A stretch of DNA of 45,349 bases from Desulfonatronovibrionaceae bacterium (GCA_046539845.1 JBKHGE010000017.1:1-45349); one strand, 5' to 3'; counted from the stretch's first letter, positions 28,693-40,500 are shown. The notes: generated by a model not told the origin, from the sequence alone. Made by a program: numbers and translations.

Positions 28693-29574
28693 ATGAACGG
28701 ACAAAAGACTCTAAAGCTGGGCATCCCCAAGGGCTCCCTGCAGGAAGCCACCATGCGCCTATTCGAACGGGCGGGCTGGAAAATAAAACCCCATCACCGC
28801 AATTACTTCCCGGAGACCAACGATCCGGAGCTTGTCTGCTCTCTTTGCCGGGCCCAGGAGATGTCCGCCTACGTGCATGACGGCACCCTGGACGCCGGGT
28901 TGACCGGGAAGGACTGGATCCTGGAAAACGAATCCAAGGTGGTCAAAGTCTCGGATCTCGTATATTCCAAGGTCAGCAACCGACCGGCCAGATGGGTACT
29001 GGCCGTGGCCGGGAACTCCCCATACAAGCGCCCCGAGGACCTGGCCGGCAAAAAAATCGCCACCGAACTCAAGAACTTTACCCAAAAATATTTCCAAAAC
29101 GCCAACATCCCTGTAGATGTTGAGTTCTCCTGGGGAGCGACCGAGGCCAAGGTGGTGGAGGGGCTGGTGGATGCCATAGTGGAAGTCACCGAGACCGGGA
29201 CCACGATCCGGGCCCACGGCCTGCGGATAATCGCCGATCTTCTGGAGACCAATACCCAGTTCATCGCCAATCCCCGCGCCTGGGAGGACGAATGGAAAAA
29301 AAAGAAAATTGAAACCATAAACACCCTTTTACACGGCGCACTCCGGGCGGACCGGCTCTCCGGATTGAAAATGAACGTGCCCCGGCAGAAGGTGGACGAG
29401 GTGATGCAGATCCTGCCTAGCCTTACCGCGCCTACCGTGGCTGACCTGCACAATTCGGACTGGGTCTCGGTAGAAATCGTGGTCGATGAAGGCCGGGTGC
29501 GGGATCTCATCCCCGAGCTGCAGGCCAAAGGAGCGGCCGGGATAATTGAATACTCCCTGAACAAGGTTATTTAG
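28693..29574 (+). CDS. hisG: ATP phosphoribosyltransferase (long form)
   Basis: LGIPKGSL, DAGLTGKD, GATEAKV, ETGTTIRAHGL, C-terminal regulatory domain (PTV). Confidence 0.95.
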   Translation: MNGQKTLKLGIPKGSLQEATMRLFERAGWKIKPHHRNYFPETNDPELVCSLCRAQEMSAYVHDGTLDAGLTGKDWILENESKVVKVSDLVYSKVSNRPARWVLAVAGNSPYKRPEDLAGKKIATELKNFTQKYFQNANIPVDVEFSWGATEAKVVEGLVDAIVEVTETGTTIRAHGLRIIADLLETNTQFIANPRAWEDEWKKKKIETINTLLHGALRADRLSGLKMNVPRQKVDEVMQILPSLTAPTVADLHNSDWVSVEIVVDEGRVRDLIPELQAKGAAGIIEYSLNKVI

Positions 29575-29622
29575 TCCCGTCAGCCAGAGGCCGGGCGGAA
29601 ACAAAAACAACGGAGGTGGAAA

Positions 29623-30411
29623 ATGTGTGGATCCGCTATTCCAGTCAGAATACTGTCTTTGCTTATCACGGCTGTATTTCTGCTCAGCACCGGATGCGCC
29701 GGCAAGGAGCAGGAGGGGCCGGACGGCAGGCATCGGGAGGACAAACAGACCCGGGCCCGGCTGGATCTGGCGGAACGCCACCTCATCCAGGGCGAGAACA
29801 GGCAGGCCATGCAGCAGCTCAAAAAGGTACAAAAAAAGGATCCGGGCATCCCCAGACTGCATTTCGATCTGGGCTTGGCCTATACCGCGCTCGGAGACAT
29901 CCCCGAGGCCATAGAGGCGTACGGGCGGGCGGTGGAGCTTAGAGAAGACTACGGCGAGGCCTGGAACAACCTAGGGCAACTCTATCTCTCACAGGGGAGG
30001 CTGGACGAGGCGGAAAAGGCCCTGCACCGCGCCCTGGACGTGGTCACTTACATGACCCCGGAAAAACCCGCCTACAACCTGGCCCGGTTGTGGATACAAA
30101 AGGGGGACAGAAACAAGGCCCTGGAGTTCGCCCGCAAGTCAGTACAGGAGAACTGGCGCTTTGTCCGCGGATACGAAATGGCCGTGGATCTCCTGCAGGA
30201 GATGGGCCGGGATGAAGATGCCCTGGAGCTGTTGCGGCAGGGTGCGGATGCTGCGCCGGGCAACACCGAGCTGATCCTGAAACTGGCCGAGAGTCTGGTA
30301 CGCTTAGGTGATGAAAAGGAGGCCAAAGAGTGGTTCAGACGAATTGAGCAGGAGAACCCGGAGAGCGAACAGGCCGAAGTGGCCAGGGATTACCTGGAGT
30401 TTCTGCAATAG
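29623..30411 (+). CDS. TPR-repeat lipoprotein (PilF/PilW-like)
   Basis: Lipobox LSTG-C and TPR units such as EAWNNLGQLY. GGAGG RBS. Confidence 0.8.
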   Translation: MCGSAIPVRILSLLITAVFLLSTGCAGKEQEGPDGRHREDKQTRARLDLAERHLIQGENRQAMQQLKKVQKKDPGIPRLHFDLGLAYTALGDIPEAIEAYGRAVELREDYGEAWNNLGQLYLSQGRLDEAEKALHRALDVVTYMTPEKPAYNLARLWIQKGDRNKALEFARKSVQENWRFVRGYEMAVDLLQEMGRDEDALELLRQGADAAPGNTELILKLAESLVRLGDEKEAKEWFRRIEQENPESEQAEVARDYLEFLQ

Positions 30412-31732
30412 CTCCGCCCCGCGCATCCTGGGAATAAATCCCTGGATATACGATTTCGCAGCCTACAATCTGTGGTCCAGACCGGTCGGGCTTTTGGTCT
30501 GCCTGGACATGCTCAAAAAAGCCGGGGCAAATGTTGCCCTCCTGGATTGCCTAGACAATGGCGGGGCGGATATCCCCTGGCCGGCCTCCACCCGCTGGGG
30601 CTGCGGACACTATCCGAAGACAGAAATCCCCAAACCGGACCTCCTGCGGCATATCCCCAGACGCTACAGCCGGTACGGGCTGCCCAAAGAGGCCGCAAGA
30701 CAGTCTCTCATAGAACTTACTCCGCCTCCGGATGTGGTGTTTATAACCTCGATCATGACCTATTGGTACCCCGGAGTGAACAGCATGATCCGGCTGGTGC
30801 GGGAAATCTGGCCGGACGTGCCCGTATGCGCGGGCGGGATCTACACCACCCTCTGCCCGGAGCACGCCGGAGAGCACCAGGAGGCGGACTTGCTCCTTAC
30901 CGGATGCCTGGAGGACCCGGAAAACTGGGGAAAGATCCAGGGCCTTGTGGGCCGAAGCCTATCACAGCCCAACCAGGAAGCCGGATTCGTTCCGGCCCTG
31001 GAGATGTATCCAGAGCCCGGGTTCTCGGTGATACTCGGTTCGCGCGGCTGTCCGTTCAACTGCTCCTACTGCGCGAGCAATCTGCTGTACAGGGGATTTC
31101 GGCCCACCCCTTTCCAGGTCTTCAAAAGACTTTTTCTGTCCGAATACGAACGCGGAGTACGCGATTTCGCCTTTTACGACGATGCGCTTTTGGCGGACCC
31201 AGAGAAATTTTTGTGGCCGTTTACCGACCTCTTGGCCGAAAAAGACCTGCAGGTCCGGCTGCACACCCCGAACGCGGTTCACGCCCGGTATCTGGTAGAT
31301 ATTGATACCTGCACCCGGCTCAAAAGGGCCGGGCTGACCACGGTCAGACTGGGGCTGGAAACCGGGTTTGGCAACAGAAACGACCGCAAGCTGAACCAAG
31401 AACAGTGGGATGCAGCGGTAAGCAATCTGCGCCAGTCTGGATTTGGGATTGATGAAACCGGGGCGTATATCCTGTTCGGGCTGCCTGGACAAAGCGAGGA
31501 TGAAGTGCGCGAGGCCATAGACATCGCCAAACAAAGCGGGATAAGGCCGCAACTCGCTTTATACTCCCCCATCCCCGGTAGCCGGATGTTCGCTTCAGCC
31601 CAAAAACACTCCCCCTATCCCCTGGATGAGCCCCTTTTTCAGAACAACTCCCTGTGGCCCTGCTATCCCGGCGGGTTCAGCTGGGAGGAACACTCCCGGT
31701 GGAAACGGATTGTCCACGGCCAAGAACCCTGA
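30311..31732 (+). CDS. B12-binding-domain radical SAM protein
   Basis: ILGINPWIYDFAAY, TSIMTYWYPG, GGIY, SRGCPFNCSYC, FYDD, GLET. Start uncertain because it overlaps the upstream gene. Confidence 0.85.
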   Translation: MKRRPKSGSDELSRRTRRANRPKWPGITWSFCNSSAPRILGINPWIYDFAAYNLWSRPVGLLVCLDMLKKAGANVALLDCLDNGGADIPWPASTRWGCGHYPKTEIPKPDLLRHIPRRYSRYGLPKEAARQSLIELTPPPDVVFITSIMTYWYPGVNSMIRLVREIWPDVPVCAGGIYTTLCPEHAGEHQEADLLLTGCLEDPENWGKIQGLVGRSLSQPNQEAGFVPALEMYPEPGFSVILGSRGCPFNCSYCASNLLYRGFRPTPFQVFKRLFLSEYERGVRDFAFYDDALLADPEKFLWPFTDLLAEKDLQVRLHTPNAVHARYLVDIDTCTRLKRAGLTTVRLGLETGFGNRNDRKLNQEQWDAAVSNLRQSGFGIDETGAYILFGLPGQSEDEVREAIDIAKQSGIRPQLALYSPIPGSRMFASAQKHSPYPLDEPLFQNNSLWPCYPGGFSWEEHSRWKRIVHGQEP

Positions 31733-31814
31733 GTCGCCAGGACTTGGGTTAAAAAGGCCCTTCGGCCTGCGGGCAAAAAGTATACCTACATGGCTGGCTT
31801 TTCCGTCGGACAGC

Positions 31815-31854
31815 TTATAAAAAACGGGCCGCAAAAGCGGCCCGTTTTTTATAA
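31815..31854. terminator. Bidirectional intrinsic terminator
   Basis: TTATAAAAAACGGGCCGC-AAAA-GCGGCCCGTTTTTTATAA between convergent genes. Confidence 0.9.
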
Positions 31855-31879
31855 CTCTCGTTTCCAGCCCTTTTGCCGG

Positions 31880-33802
31880 CTAATCCTCTAAAGTGGAGGT
31901 ATCTCCAACCTCCTCGCCGAGTTCCTCGGCGCGAAGCACCCGGCGCATGATCTTGCCGCTCCTGGTCTTGGGCAACTTGTCTCTGAATTCGATGCTCTTG
32001 ACCACTGCAACCGGTCCGAGCTCCTTGCGCACGTGGTTCTTAAGGACCTTTATCAATTCATCCTGGTCTTCGAGTGCCCCGTGTTCCTCGCTCAAAAGGA
32101 CAAAGGCCTTGGCCACCTCGCCCTTGATCTTGTCCGGGACTCCGATGACAGCCGCCTCGGCCACCGACCTGTGCGAGACCAGAGCGCTTTCCAGCTCCGC
32201 GGTCCCGATCCGGTGCCCGGCTATATTCAAGACATCGTCTGAGCGACCCTGGATCCAGATATATCCGTCCTCGTCCTTGCGGGCCACATCACCGGCCAAG
32301 TACACGCCGGGCATCTTATTCCAGTAGGTCTCCTTGTATCTCTCCGGATCCTTGTACAGGGTCCTGAGCATGGAGGGCCAAGGCTTTTTCAGGACCAAGA
32401 GACCGCCCTTGCCCGGGGGAACAGGTTCTCCTTTCTCGTCCACCACGTCCGCAAATATTCCGGGCATGGGTTTGGAAACCGATCCCGGCTTTAAAAGGGA
32501 TATGGGCAGGGGGCTTAACATGATCGAACCGGTCTCGGTCTGCCACCAGGTATCCATTATCGGGCACTCGGAGCGGCCGATATTCTTGTAGAACCACACC
32601 CAGGCCTCGGGATTTATGGGTTCGCCCACGGAGCCCAAAAGCCTCAGCGTGGATAGATCATGCTTTTTTGGGTACTGGGTGCCGAAACGCATGAGCATGC
32701 GGATAAGGGTGGGCGCGGTGTAGAAAATGGTCACCCCGTATTTGGAGACCAGGTCCCACATGCGGTCCGCCTGGGGATACAAGGGATGTCCCTCATACAT
32801 AACCGTGGTCGTCCCGGCCACCAGAGGTCCGTAAACCACATAGCTGTGCCCGGTGATCCAGCCGGCGTCCGCAGTGCACCAGAAGATATCCGTGGGCTTG
32901 ATATCAAACACCCAGTTCAGGGACCGGTGCACCCCGACCATATAGCCGCCGTGGGTGTGCAAAATCCCCTTGGGTTTGCCTGTGGTCCCGGAGCTGTACA
33001 GGAGGAACAGCGGATCTTCGGAATCCATGACCTCGGTATGGGCCACCGGGCTTTCCTGACGGACCAGGGCATCGTACCAGATGTCCCGGGCCTCGACCAT
33101 TTCCGCCTCCACACTGGCCCGGTGGACGACAACCATGGTCTCCACGCTCTCACAACCGCCGACCAGGGCCTCATCCACAATCTTTTTCACATTGAACACC
33201 CGGCCGTTGCGGTAGAATCCGTCCGCGGTTATTACCAGCTTGGCCGAGGCATCCTCGATACGGTCCCTTAGGGCCCGGGCGGAAAAACCGGCAAAGACCA
33301 TACTGTGGATCCCGCCCACCTTGGCCACGGCCAGCATGGCCACTATGGTCTCCGGAAGGGGCGGCATATACAGGACTACCCGGTCCCCTTTCTCAATGCC
33401 CAGGGCGCGCAGGGCATTGGCAAAGCGGTTTACTTCCCGATAGAGCTCGTAATAGGTGTATTTTTTCGTGTCCCCGGGCTCACCTTCCCAGATAAGGGCC
33501 AGCTTGTTCTTGTTCGCGGTTTCAATGTGCCGATCCAGGGCGTTGTAAGCGATATTGCATTTGGCATTGGTGAACCACTTGTAGAACGGGGCCTCGGAAT
33601 CATCCAGGACTTGGTCCCACTTCTTGAACCAATCCAGTTCCTTGGCCGCGTCCTCCCAGTAATCCAAATAGTTTTCCTCGGCCTGCTTCAGGGCCTCGGA
33701 ATATTCCTGAGGATTGACGTTTGCCTCGATCACCATCTGCGGCAGGGGCCGAAATACCCGCTCTTCCTGCATCAAGGCATCAAGCGAACCTTTGTCTTCC
33801 AT
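31880..33802 (-). CDS. acs: Acetyl-CoA synthetase (AMP-forming)
   Basis: [47 protein letters not shown]. Confidence 0.97.
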   Translation of the reverse strand: MEDKGSLDALMQEERVFRPLPQMVIEANVNPQEYSEALKQAEENYLDYWEDAAKELDWFKKWDQVLDDSEAPFYKWFTNAKCNIAYNALDRHIETANKNKLALIWEGEPGDTKKYTYYELYREVNRFANALRALGIEKGDRVVLYMPPLPETIVAMLAVAKVGGIHSMVFAGFSARALRDRIEDASAKLVITADGFYRNGRVFNVKKIVDEALVGGCESVETMVVVHRASVEAEMVEARDIWYDALVRQESPVAHTEVMDSEDPLFLLYSSGTTGKPKGILHTHGGYMVGVHRSLNWVFDIKPTDIFWCTADAGWITGHSYVVYGPLVAGTTTVMYEGHPLYPQADRMWDLVSKYGVTIFYTAPTLIRMLMRFGTQYPKKHDLSTLRLLGSVGEPINPEAWVWFYKNIGRSECPIMDTWWQTETGSIMLSPLPISLLKPGSVSKPMPGIFADVVDEKGEPVPPGKGGLLVLKKPWPSMLRTLYKDPERYKETYWNKMPGVYLAGDVARKDEDGYIWIQGRSDDVLNIAGHRIGTAELESALVSHRSVAEAAVIGVPDKIKGEVAKAFVLLSEEHGALEDQDELIKVLKNHVRKELGPVAVVKSIEFRDKLPKTRSGKIMRRVLRAEELGEEVGDTSTLED

Positions 33803-34060
33803 GATCTCCTCCTTGGGAAATGCTTTGGCAACCTGCTCCTGCTACTAAACAGGCAGGACTGCGTACACGGCAACTTCACGGGAATTATTGACTTAATTAT
33901 CCAGAATATTCTCGACCTATAGACCAGAAGAACCTCTGTCGGGGAATTTTTAATCGACCAAAGGCAGCAAGCATGGGATAAACGGCAAAGCCGCCGGCAG
34001 TTCGCGGAAAAGCGGACAAACAAAAGCAGACCGCCGCCGCACACGGACCATCGCAGGACG

Positions 34061-34921
34061 TCATAGGCCGAGCAGCTGTTTGAGTTGCCCGATCCTTCTG
34101 CGGCTTATGGGCAGTTCAATTCTTTTCCGGCCGGCAGTCCGGAGCATGAAATTGCTCCCGGGCAAGGAAGCGATTTCGGTAACCATATCCAGGTTGACCA
34201 AGTACTTGCGGTGAACTCGGAAAAAGCGGTGATCACGCAGCCTCTCTTCCAGGTTCTTCAGCCGGTAGGAGGTCAAAAATTTCTCCTGGGAGGTATGCAC
34301 GTAGCTGTAGTCCTCATAGGCCTCTATAAAGATTATCTGGTTATAGGGGATAAGGAGCAGCTTGCCGTCTATATTTATGGCCAGTTTCTCCAGATTGACC
34401 CTTTTTTCCGCCCGATAGTCCCAGGCCTTGTTCAGGGCCTGCAGGAACTTGTCCTGGTCGTCGTCTGCCAAGGGCAAATGGACCATTTCCTCGTCCATTT
34501 CGTTCCCGTCTCCGGCGATATCCCGGTCCGGGGAGACTATCCTGGCCTGGGGACCGGCGTGCATTAAGCGCTCCACAGTTTTCTCCAGCCGGGGCCGGGA
34601 CAAAGGCAGCAGCAGATAGTCCGTGGCCCCGACCTCAAAGGCCTTGAAGGCCATGTCCTCCCGGTCCGCAACATAGACCATGGCTGGCCGGTACCTGCGC
34701 TGGGAAAGTACCTGGGCCAGTTCTATCCCGTCCATACCTTGGGGCAGGTCCAGGCCCACGAAAAAAACATCGTATTTTATACGCTCCAAGAGTTCCAGGG
34801 CCTCGAACGAACTCACCGCCTCGCCCAAAACCCGGATCTCTTCTACCTGGGCCAGCATGTCCCGGAGTTCTGCGGTGACTTCACGGTCGGAATGTACTAT
34901 CAGGGCCTGCAAAGCGGACAT
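34061..34921 (-). CDS. LytTR-family regulator with an atypical receiver domain
   Basis: REC-like N-terminus (AFEVGATDY). LytTR domain FIEA, FFRVHRKYLVN, LPISRR. Confidence 0.9.
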   Translation of the reverse strand: MSALQALIVHSDREVTAELRDMLAQVEEIRVLGEAVSSFEALELLERIKYDVFFVGLDLPQGMDGIELAQVLSQRRYRPAMVYVADREDMAFKAFEVGATDYLLLPLSRPRLEKTVERLMHAGPQARIVSPDRDIAGDGNEMDEEMVHLPLADDDQDKFLQALNKAWDYRAEKRVNLEKLAINIDGKLLLIPYNQIIFIEAYEDYSYVHTSQEKFLTSYRLKNLEERLRDHRFFRVHRKYLVNLDMVTEIASLPGSNFMLRTAGRKRIELPISRRRIGQLKQLLGL

Positions 34922-35281
34922 AACAGCTCGATTTCTAATCTACCTTTACAATCTGGTGCGGATTTTTCTCCACCGCAATCCTTAGTGCACGGAGGACCGA
35001 TCGGGAAACCCATACGGTATGTGGTGAAGAGTCCTTTGTTTTTTATTTATATTAGCCTGAAAAGTGATCGCTTGACAAGGCATTAAAATCTGCAAACAGA
35101 TGATCACCGCTCATGCAAAAAGACCGCGGGGCTTGACCCCTTTGTCCCGCCTCCGGCAAAACTCCGCCTGCCGCAGCCTTGAGCAGAGGAGAAAAACATG
35201 GCATAAAAGGAACCTTGCTTACTGACCGCCGGAGCGGGAAAAGGTCCTAGGGCGGGAGATAAAAGCGGAAAGGAGCCGGAA

Positions 35282-35719
35282 ATGCATTTGTGCCGGGAAG
35301 TCAAGCCGGAGAGGATATTTATGGGCAGACTGGAACGGGGAAGCGATCTCCTGGGCTCGCTTGGGGAAATATGTCTGGAGAAAGACATCCGCTTGGGCCG
35401 GGTGGAGGCTATCGGGGCGGTGGAGCGGGCCAGACTGCAGTACTACTGCCAGGACGACCGCACCTATCAGGACCTGGCCCTGGACCGTCCCATGGAAATA
35501 CTCAGCCTGAAAGGGAATGTCTCCCTGAAGCAGGGTTCCCCCTTAATCCACGCCCACCTGACTCTGGCCGGGGAAAAGGGTTGGGCCGTGGGCGGGCATC
35601 TGGCCCCGGGCACGATGGTCTTTGCCTGTGAATACGTCCTGGAGCAGTTCTTGGGGCCTGATTTTTCCCGCGAGCATGACCAGACCACCGGTCTGCCCCT
35701 GTGGACCTCCCGGATATGA
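35282..35719 (+). CDS. PPC/DUF296 domain protein
   Basis: GRLERGSDLL, AIGAV, EILSLKGN, HAHL, GGHL, TGLPLW. Confidence 0.88.
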   Translation: MHLCREVKPERIFMGRLERGSDLLGSLGEICLEKDIRLGRVEAIGAVERARLQYYCQDDRTYQDLALDRPMEILSLKGNVSLKQGSPLIHAHLTLAGEKGWAVGGHLAPGTMVFACEYVLEQFLGPDFSREHDQTTGLPLWTSRI

Positions 35720-36213
35720 ACCAGGAACCGCAAGACACCCCCCGGGTGCGGAGAGCAAAAAAAGACCCGCAGATGCGCTGCTACCCGGCGGACGTAAAGG
35801 CTTTCGCCCCGCACTCGGCAGTAGATGTGCCCCTCTATCTCTCCGGGGTCCAGGCCGGATTCCCCTCCCCTGCGGACGACCATATCGACAGACAACTGGA
35901 TCTCAACGAATACTTGGTGGAAAACCCGGCCGCCACCTTTTTTGTCCGGGCCTGCGGAGACTCCATGCGCGACGCGGGCATCCACGACGGGGCCATCCTG
36001 GTCGTGGACCGGGCCCGGGAGCCCGGCGGCAGAAGTATCGTGGTCGCAGTGGTCAACGGGGAGCTGACCGTAAAGCGCGTCCGCCGCGAGGGAGAGAAAA
36101 TGTTCCTTTTACCGGAAAACCCGGATTATCCGGCCCTGGAAATCACCCCGGAAACGGATTTCGAAATCTGGGGAGTGGTCACCGGAGTAATCCGCAAATT
36201 CAGGTGCCCCTGA
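35716..36213 (+). CDS. umuD: DNA polymerase V subunit UmuD (S24 autopeptidase)
   Basis: VQAGFPSPADD cleavage loop, GDSM Ser, TVK Lys, IWGVV. ATGA overlap with the DUF296 stop. Confidence 0.92.
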   Translation: MNQEPQDTPRVRRAKKDPQMRCYPADVKAFAPHSAVDVPLYLSGVQAGFPSPADDHIDRQLDLNEYLVENPAATFFVRACGDSMRDAGIHDGAILVVDRAREPGGRSIVVAVVNGELTVKRVRREGEKMFLLPENPDYPALEITPETDFEIWGVVTGVIRKFRCP

Positions 36214-36216
36214 TCC

Positions 36217-37488
36217 ATGCATAAATATTTTCTCCTGGTGGATTGCAACAATTTCTATGTAGCCTGTGAACAGGTCTTTGACCTCTCCCTGCGCGGCAGG
36301 CCGGTGGTGGTTCTGTCCAACAACGACGGTTGTGTGGTGGCCAGATCTCCGGAGGCCAGGGCCCTGGGCATAGGCATGGGCGAACCCTTTTTCCGATGCT
36401 CCCGCAGCCTGGAAAAGGCCGGCGGGACCGCCCTTTCCGCCAATTTTGCCCTGTATGGGGACATGTCCGCCCGGGTCATGCGCTGCCTGGAATCTATCCT
36501 CCCCGGCCTGGAGGTCTACTCCATAGACGAGGCCTTTGCCCGGGTGGCCTCCAAAACAGCCGCACGCACGGCCCGGCAGATCCGGGAACGCCTCCCCGCC
36601 TGGACCGGGATCCCGGTCTCGGTGGGTGCGGCCGCGACCAAGACCCTGGCCAAGGCGGCCAACCGCGTGGCCAAGAAAGACCCCGGCGCAGCAGGGATCT
36701 GCGTAATGGATGAGCCGCAGAACACGGATCGGATCCTGGCTGCCACCCCGGTGGATGATATCTGGGGAGTAGGGAAGAAAAAAGCACATTTCCTGCGCTC
36801 CCGGGGCATATTCACCGCCCTGGATCTCAAGCGCTGTGACCCGGAATTCGCCCGTTTGACCATGACCGTGCGTGGCTGGCAGCTGCGCACGGAACTGGCT
36901 GGCCGACCCTGCCTGGACCTGGAGACTCAGCCAGACCCGCCCAAAAGCATCGTCTCCTCGCGCTCCTTTGCCCGGGAGATCCAAAACCGCGAGGCCTTAA
37001 AAGAGGCGCTTTCCGCATTTGCCGCCAGAGCGGCCGAGAGACTGCGGAGCAAAACCATGCACGCCTCCCGCGTTCACGTATCCATCTCCACCAACCGCTT
37101 CGGGCCCGGTCCGCAGCACTCGGCGTCCGCGCACTGCGGGCTGATGCCGCCCACAGCCTGCTCCGCAACCATTGCCGCTCGGGCTTTGGAGGTACTGGAG
37201 GGCCTGGTCCGGGAAGGCACCGCCTATAAAAAGGCTGCGGTTATGCTCAGCGGTCTGGTCCCTGAAAACAGGCCAGCCACCTTTTTCGATCCCCCGGCAG
37301 AGGAGAGGCAAAAGGAGAGAAAACTGTTGCAGACCGTGGACAGGATAAACTCCAGGTGGGGGCGGGGAACGCTCAAGTGGGCAATATCAGGGACAAGGGG
37401 TCAAAAATCCTGGGCCATGCGCCGGGAAAAGATATCCCCAGCCTATACCACCAGCTGGAAGGACCTGCCCGTGGTCCGGACCGGATAG
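36217..37488 (+). CDS. umuC: Y-family DNA polymerase UmuC
   Basis: [51 protein letters not shown]. Confidence 0.95.
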   Translation: MHKYFLLVDCNNFYVACEQVFDLSLRGRPVVVLSNNDGCVVARSPEARALGIGMGEPFFRCSRSLEKAGGTALSANFALYGDMSARVMRCLESILPGLEVYSIDEAFARVASKTAARTARQIRERLPAWTGIPVSVGAAATKTLAKAANRVAKKDPGAAGICVMDEPQNTDRILAATPVDDIWGVGKKKAHFLRSRGIFTALDLKRCDPEFARLTMTVRGWQLRTELAGRPCLDLETQPDPPKSIVSSRSFAREIQNREALKEALSAFAARAAERLRSKTMHASRVHVSISTNRFGPGPQHSASAHCGLMPPTACSATIAARALEVLEGLVREGTAYKKAAVMLSGLVPENRPATFFDPPAEERQKERKLLQTVDRINSRWGRGTLKWAISGTRGQKSWAMRREKISPAYTTSWKDLPVVRTG

Positions 37489-37532
37489 GATGTATAATTG
37501 GCCGGGAAAACACCTTGGTCTCCCTCCGGCGG

Positions 37533-40500
37533 CTAAAGCGCGTCCAGCTCCCTGACCATGGCGGAAATGGTCTTTTCCAGATCAGAAATCCCCTTTTCTA
37601 TCTCCACTTGGTCCACTTCCCCGCCTTTGGCGGCCAGCTCCAGGGAGTACGCCGCCTGCTGCACCGCCTCCAGCCGCAGCTGCCCGGCGCTTCCCTTCAG
37701 ACTATGGGCCAGGTCATGGAGCTCCGCCCAGTCCCCAGAAGCGGCCAGGGATCGGAAGCGCTCGGCTATATCCCTGTACTTGTCCCTAAACTTGGCCAAA
37801 ACCCTTAACACCGATTCCCGGCCCACCCCCAATTCTTCCAGGGCCGCGTCCAGATCCACGACCTTTTTATCCGGGGAGAACTCCGGGTCGCGGCCGTAGG
37901 CAGCGGGCTGCTCCGCAGAAGCCAGCACCCGCGATCTGGACCTCTGGACCGCGTCCCACAGAGCGTCATACAAAACTTCCTGGCTTATAGGCTTGCTGAC
38001 ATACCCGGTCATGCCCGCCCGTAAACAGCGCTCTGCGTCCCCCTTGAGGGCGTGGGCGGTCATGGCCACCACCGGCGGAGCCTTTTCCCCCAGCTCCTCC
38101 TGGATGCGGCGGGTAGCCTCAAAACCGTCCATTTTCGGCATCTGTACATCCATGAGCACCACGTCCACGGCTTGTTCTTTTACCGTATCCAGGGCCTGAC
38201 GGCCGTTTTCAGCCATTAAACATTCCAAGCCCGCGTTCTCCAGGACGTCGCGGATGATCTCCTGATTTATGGCATTGTCCTCGGCCACCAGGACCCTGAG
38301 CCCGGAGAGCTTCTTTTTGCGCATATCCATTGCAGACATCGCCTTTTCCCGTCTTTTTTCCTCCCTCTTCTCCGGACGGAACAGACCGGCCAGGGTGTCC
38401 ATTATCAAGGACTGGTTCAGGGGCTTGGCCAAAAAGGAATCCACCCCGGCCTGTTTCATATCCGCGGCTGATACTTCGCTCTCGTACGCGGAGATCATAA
38501 GCACTGGCTTTTGCCTCCCGCACTTCTTCTTGAGTTCGGCACACAGCTTTAGGCCGTTTATCTGCGGCATACGAAAATCGGTGATCAAAAGATCAAAATC
38601 ACAAATTGAATCCTCTCTTTCCAGGCGGTCCAGGACATCCTCAGGCGAGGTGTACCCCTCCACCTCCAACCCGGAATTGGCAAGGATACGGCTTATAAGG
38701 GAAACCACCTCTTCGCAGTCGTCTACAACCAGGACCCGGTGCACTCCGGCCTCCTCCGGCATCCGGCGGTGCAGGGGACGGGAATCCTTCTGCACCCCCA
38801 GGGGGACGCGGACATAAAAACGCGAACCCTGGTGTAATTTGCTACGGACGCCGATTTCCCCCTGCATTAGCTCCACGAGCTGCTTACATATAGCCAGACC
38901 CAGTCCAGTTCCGCCGTATTTGCGGGTGGTGCTGGCGTCGGCCTGGGAAAAGGGCTGGAACAAAAGAGACTGCTCCTCTTCGCTCATCCCCCGGCCGGTA
39001 TCTGTGACCGCAAACTCCAGCCGGATATCATCCGCAGCATCTCCAGTGCATCGCCGCACCGAAAGCACAACCACCCCGTCCCTGCCCGTGAATTTCAGGG
39101 CGTTGCTCAAAAAATTGGACATGATCTGACGCAGGCGCAGGGAATCTCCGACCAGATCCCGGGGCAGATCGGGTTGCAGGTCAATAAGGAGTTCGACGTT
39201 TTTTTCTTTGGCCTTGTGCTCGAATCCGGACACACAGGACTCCAGGACCTCCCGGAGATCAAAGCCGTGGTTCTCCAGCTGCATCTGTCCGGCATCCGCC
39301 TTGGAAAAATCCAGGATATCGTTTACACTACCCAGGAGCTGTTCTCCGGACCTCTTGATAATGGACAGATACCGCCGGGTCTTCTCGGGCATCTCTTCCT
39401 GCATGGCCAGCTCCGCGGAGGTGATGATCCCGTTCATGGGTGTACGGATCTCGTGGCTCATATTGGCCAGGAACCGGCTCTTGGCCATGGCCGCGGCATC
39501 CGCCTGCTCCTTGGCCGCGAGCAGATCCTGGTTGGCCTTCTCCAGATCCCTGGTCCTTTCCGCCACCCGGCGTTCCAGGTCCCTGTTCATCTCGCGCAGC
39601 TCCTCCTCAGCCAGCTTACGCGCGGTGACGTCCTTGGCAAATCCCTCCAGGTACTCCGGCTCATCTTCCCGGCCACCCACCGCCTGGGCCTGGATCTGGA
39701 GCCAGATATGGGTTCCGTCTTTTTTACGGGCCCGGCGCTCTATATTCTCCACCCGGCCTTTCTCCAGCAACCGGCGCAAGAATTCCTCAGCCTCGGTGCG
39801 GTGGGCAAAGATATCCCTTATATTCTCCACCTCGCGCATGAACTTTTGCGTCGAGTCAAAGCCCATGATCTCAGCCGTGGCCGGATTCACATTCAGAAAC
39901 TCCCCGTCCGGTGAAATCTGAAATATCCCGTCCAGGGAGTTCTCAAAAATGCTGCGGTAGCGCCTCTCCGAGTCTTTCAGGGCCCTTTCCGCGGTTTTTC
40001 TCTCGCTTATCTCCTGTTCCAATGCCTGCTCCCTGGCCTCGATCTGCCGGGCCATATTGTTGACCTCGGTATTCAGGGCGTTGAGGTCATGCTGCGGGAG
40101 CGACTCGAGCCTTTCCTGATAGTTTCCCGCGGCAATATCCCTGAATCCGAAGACCAGATCGCGCAGGCGGATATAGAGCATCCTGTGTAGGATAATACGG
40201 GTGATTATATAGATGGACAAAATCACCGCGGCCGTTAGCAAAAAAACGGTGCGGATTATAAGCCCGCTGGTCCAGTGCAGGGGCTCGCGGGAAAAGGTCA
40301 GGGTGGCCCGGCCCAGGCTTTGCCCCTTTCTCCGGATATCAATTTCCTCGCGGATAAGGCCGGGGGTGTCCAGGGCCCCTTTTTTATAGACCACCCGGGA
40401 TCCACCATCGGCAAACGCTTCGCCAGTTTCGCTTACGCTGATCCCGGCGACAAATTCCCCCTGCAGGTAGGCGTCGGCAATACGTTTGACCCCCTCTCGG

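Noticed and set aside
37489..37500. TATAAT just after umuC as an antisense promoter into the kinase
   Set aside because: No plausible -35 element or proper extended -10. Likely chance.
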